A stretch of DNA of 32,074 nucleotides from an uncultured archaeon (lineage in GTDB: Archaea; Aenigmatarchaeota; Aenigmatarchaeia; GW2011-AR5): NCBI GenBank assembly GCA_964456345.1, contig CAYVZO010000002.1:1-32074 (forward strand), given 5' to 3'. The notes under the pieces were generated by a model. The model searched no databases and was not told where the DNA came from. It was given only the letters and a program-made list of their open reading frames with translations. Within the stretch, counting starts at the first letter, position 1. Each line of letters opens with the position of its first letter. Position numbers and translations under genes: made by a program. Shown piece after piece: positions 31,273-32,074 of the stretch.

Positions 31273-31343
31273 CTGTTATATGCAAGAGGTCAGGTGACCA
31301 AATCACTGAATCCATTTAAGAATTTTACCGGTTCTACTTATTT

Positions 31344-32074
31344 ATGGGCATACAGCTGACGAACATAGTAGAGGGAAAGGAAATAACATTAACAGACCTT
31401 TTCGACAAAAAAATAGCAATAGATGCGTACAACTGGATATACCAGTTCCTCTCGATAATAAGGCAGAGGGATGGCGAGCCGTTAAAGGATTCTCGCGGCC
31501 GGATAACCTCCCATCTTTCAGGCTTGTTCTACAGGACCATAAAGCTGATGGAAGCAGGCATCAGCCCTGTGTACGTTTTCGACGGGAAGCCGCCTGAATT
31601 CAAGAAATATACCGGTGAGCATAGACGGGATGTGCGTGCAGAAGCAGCAAAGGAATGGAAGGAAGCTCTCAAAAGAGGGGATTACGAAGAAGCGAAAAAG
31701 TATGCACAGAGGTCGGCAAAAATAACGGACGAGATAATCGAAGACAGCAAAGAGCTGCTTACTGCCATGGGCATCCCTGTTATACAGGCTCCTTCAGAAG
31801 GCGAAGCGTTATGCTCTGTCATGGTAATTCAAGGAGATGCCTATGCTGCAGCTACCCAGGACTATGACCCACTGCTTTTCGGCTGCCCCCGCCTGGTTCG
31901 CAACCTTTCTATAACAGGGAGGAAGAAGAAAGGAGCCTCACATATGCTCATAAATCCGGAACTGCTGGTTTTGAAAGACGTTCTTGACAGACTTGGCGTA
32001 AAGCAAGACCAGTTGATTATAGCAGGAATCCTTATCGGGACAGATTACAATATCGGCGGCGTTTCGGGGTTCGG
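31344..32074 (+). CDS. fen: Flap endonuclease 1 (FEN-1), 3'-truncated by the window end
   Basis: My own translation from the ATG at 31344: [87 protein letters not shown]...IQAPSEGEA...QDYDPLLFG.... No stop before position 32074, so it is absent from the ORF track. TATA-like CATTTAAGAA lies about 30 nt upstream. Confidence 0.9.
   Translation, partial: MGIQLTNIVEGKEITLTDLFDKKIAIDAYNWIYQFLSIIRQRDGEPLKDSRGRITSHLSGLFYRTIKLMEAGISPVYVFDGKPPEFKKYTGEHRRDVRAEAAKEWKEALKRGDYEEAKKYAQRSAKITDEIIEDSKELLTAMGIPVIQAPSEGEALCSVMVIQGDAYAAATQDYDPLLFGCPRLVRNLSITGRKKKGASHMLINPELLVLKDVLDRLGVKQDQLIIAGILIGTDYNIGGVSGF

Noticed and set aside
1-32074. CRISPR arrays, rRNA genes, long tandem or dispersed repeats
   Set aside because: Reading through the intergenic regions showed no regularly spaced direct repeats and no rRNA-like sequence. 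The only repeated non-coding element found is the promoter module at 14741 and 15545.

Overview
This is a compact, gene-dense archaeal chromosomal fragment. Archaeal markers are gatD/gatE, aEF-1beta with its COG2888-type Zn-ribbon partner, FEN-1, an archaeal-type MiaB/MtaB, A/T-rich BRE/TATA promoters and oligo-T terminators. Many neighbouring genes overlap by 4-30 nt. I saw no rRNA, CRISPR array, transposase or integrase.

Layout:
- (i) 0-2.6 kb: a kinase / MtnA-type isomerase / class II aldolase triad.
- (ii) 2.7-14.7 kb: housekeeping genes (ppdK, a PurM-like protein, MiaB-like, an MFS-like transporter, gatE, gatD) plus a secreted PLD-like protein.
- (iii) 14.7-25.4 kb: the most unusual region. 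Two small operons of orphan genes are driven by a duplicated promoter/5'UTR module, and three of their products share an N-terminal LFG motif. Next come four tandem paralogous multi-pass membrane proteins, two divergently transcribed coiled-coil proteins, and an orphan PilB/FlaI-type ATPase with a PilC/FlaJ-type platform protein. I could not recognise a pilin, archaellin, prepilin peptidase or FlaH in the window.
- (iv) 25.4-27.8 kb: a GT4 / GT2 / methyltransferase cassette.
- (v) 27.87-28.02 kb: a tRNA-Arg(GCG) gene with two non-canonical introns (D-loop and T-loop), hidden under the over-extended N-terminus of an ORF call.
- (vi) 28.1-32.1 kb: Zn-ribbon / aEF-1beta / dolichol-kinase-family operon, a Tes-like radical SAM enzyme, a wHTH regulator with a palindromic operator candidate, and a 3'-truncated FEN-1 that is absent from the ORF track.

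The multi-intron tRNA, the compactness and the many orphan genes suggest a small-genome (DPANN/Micrarchaeota-like) archaeon. That assignment is inference only.
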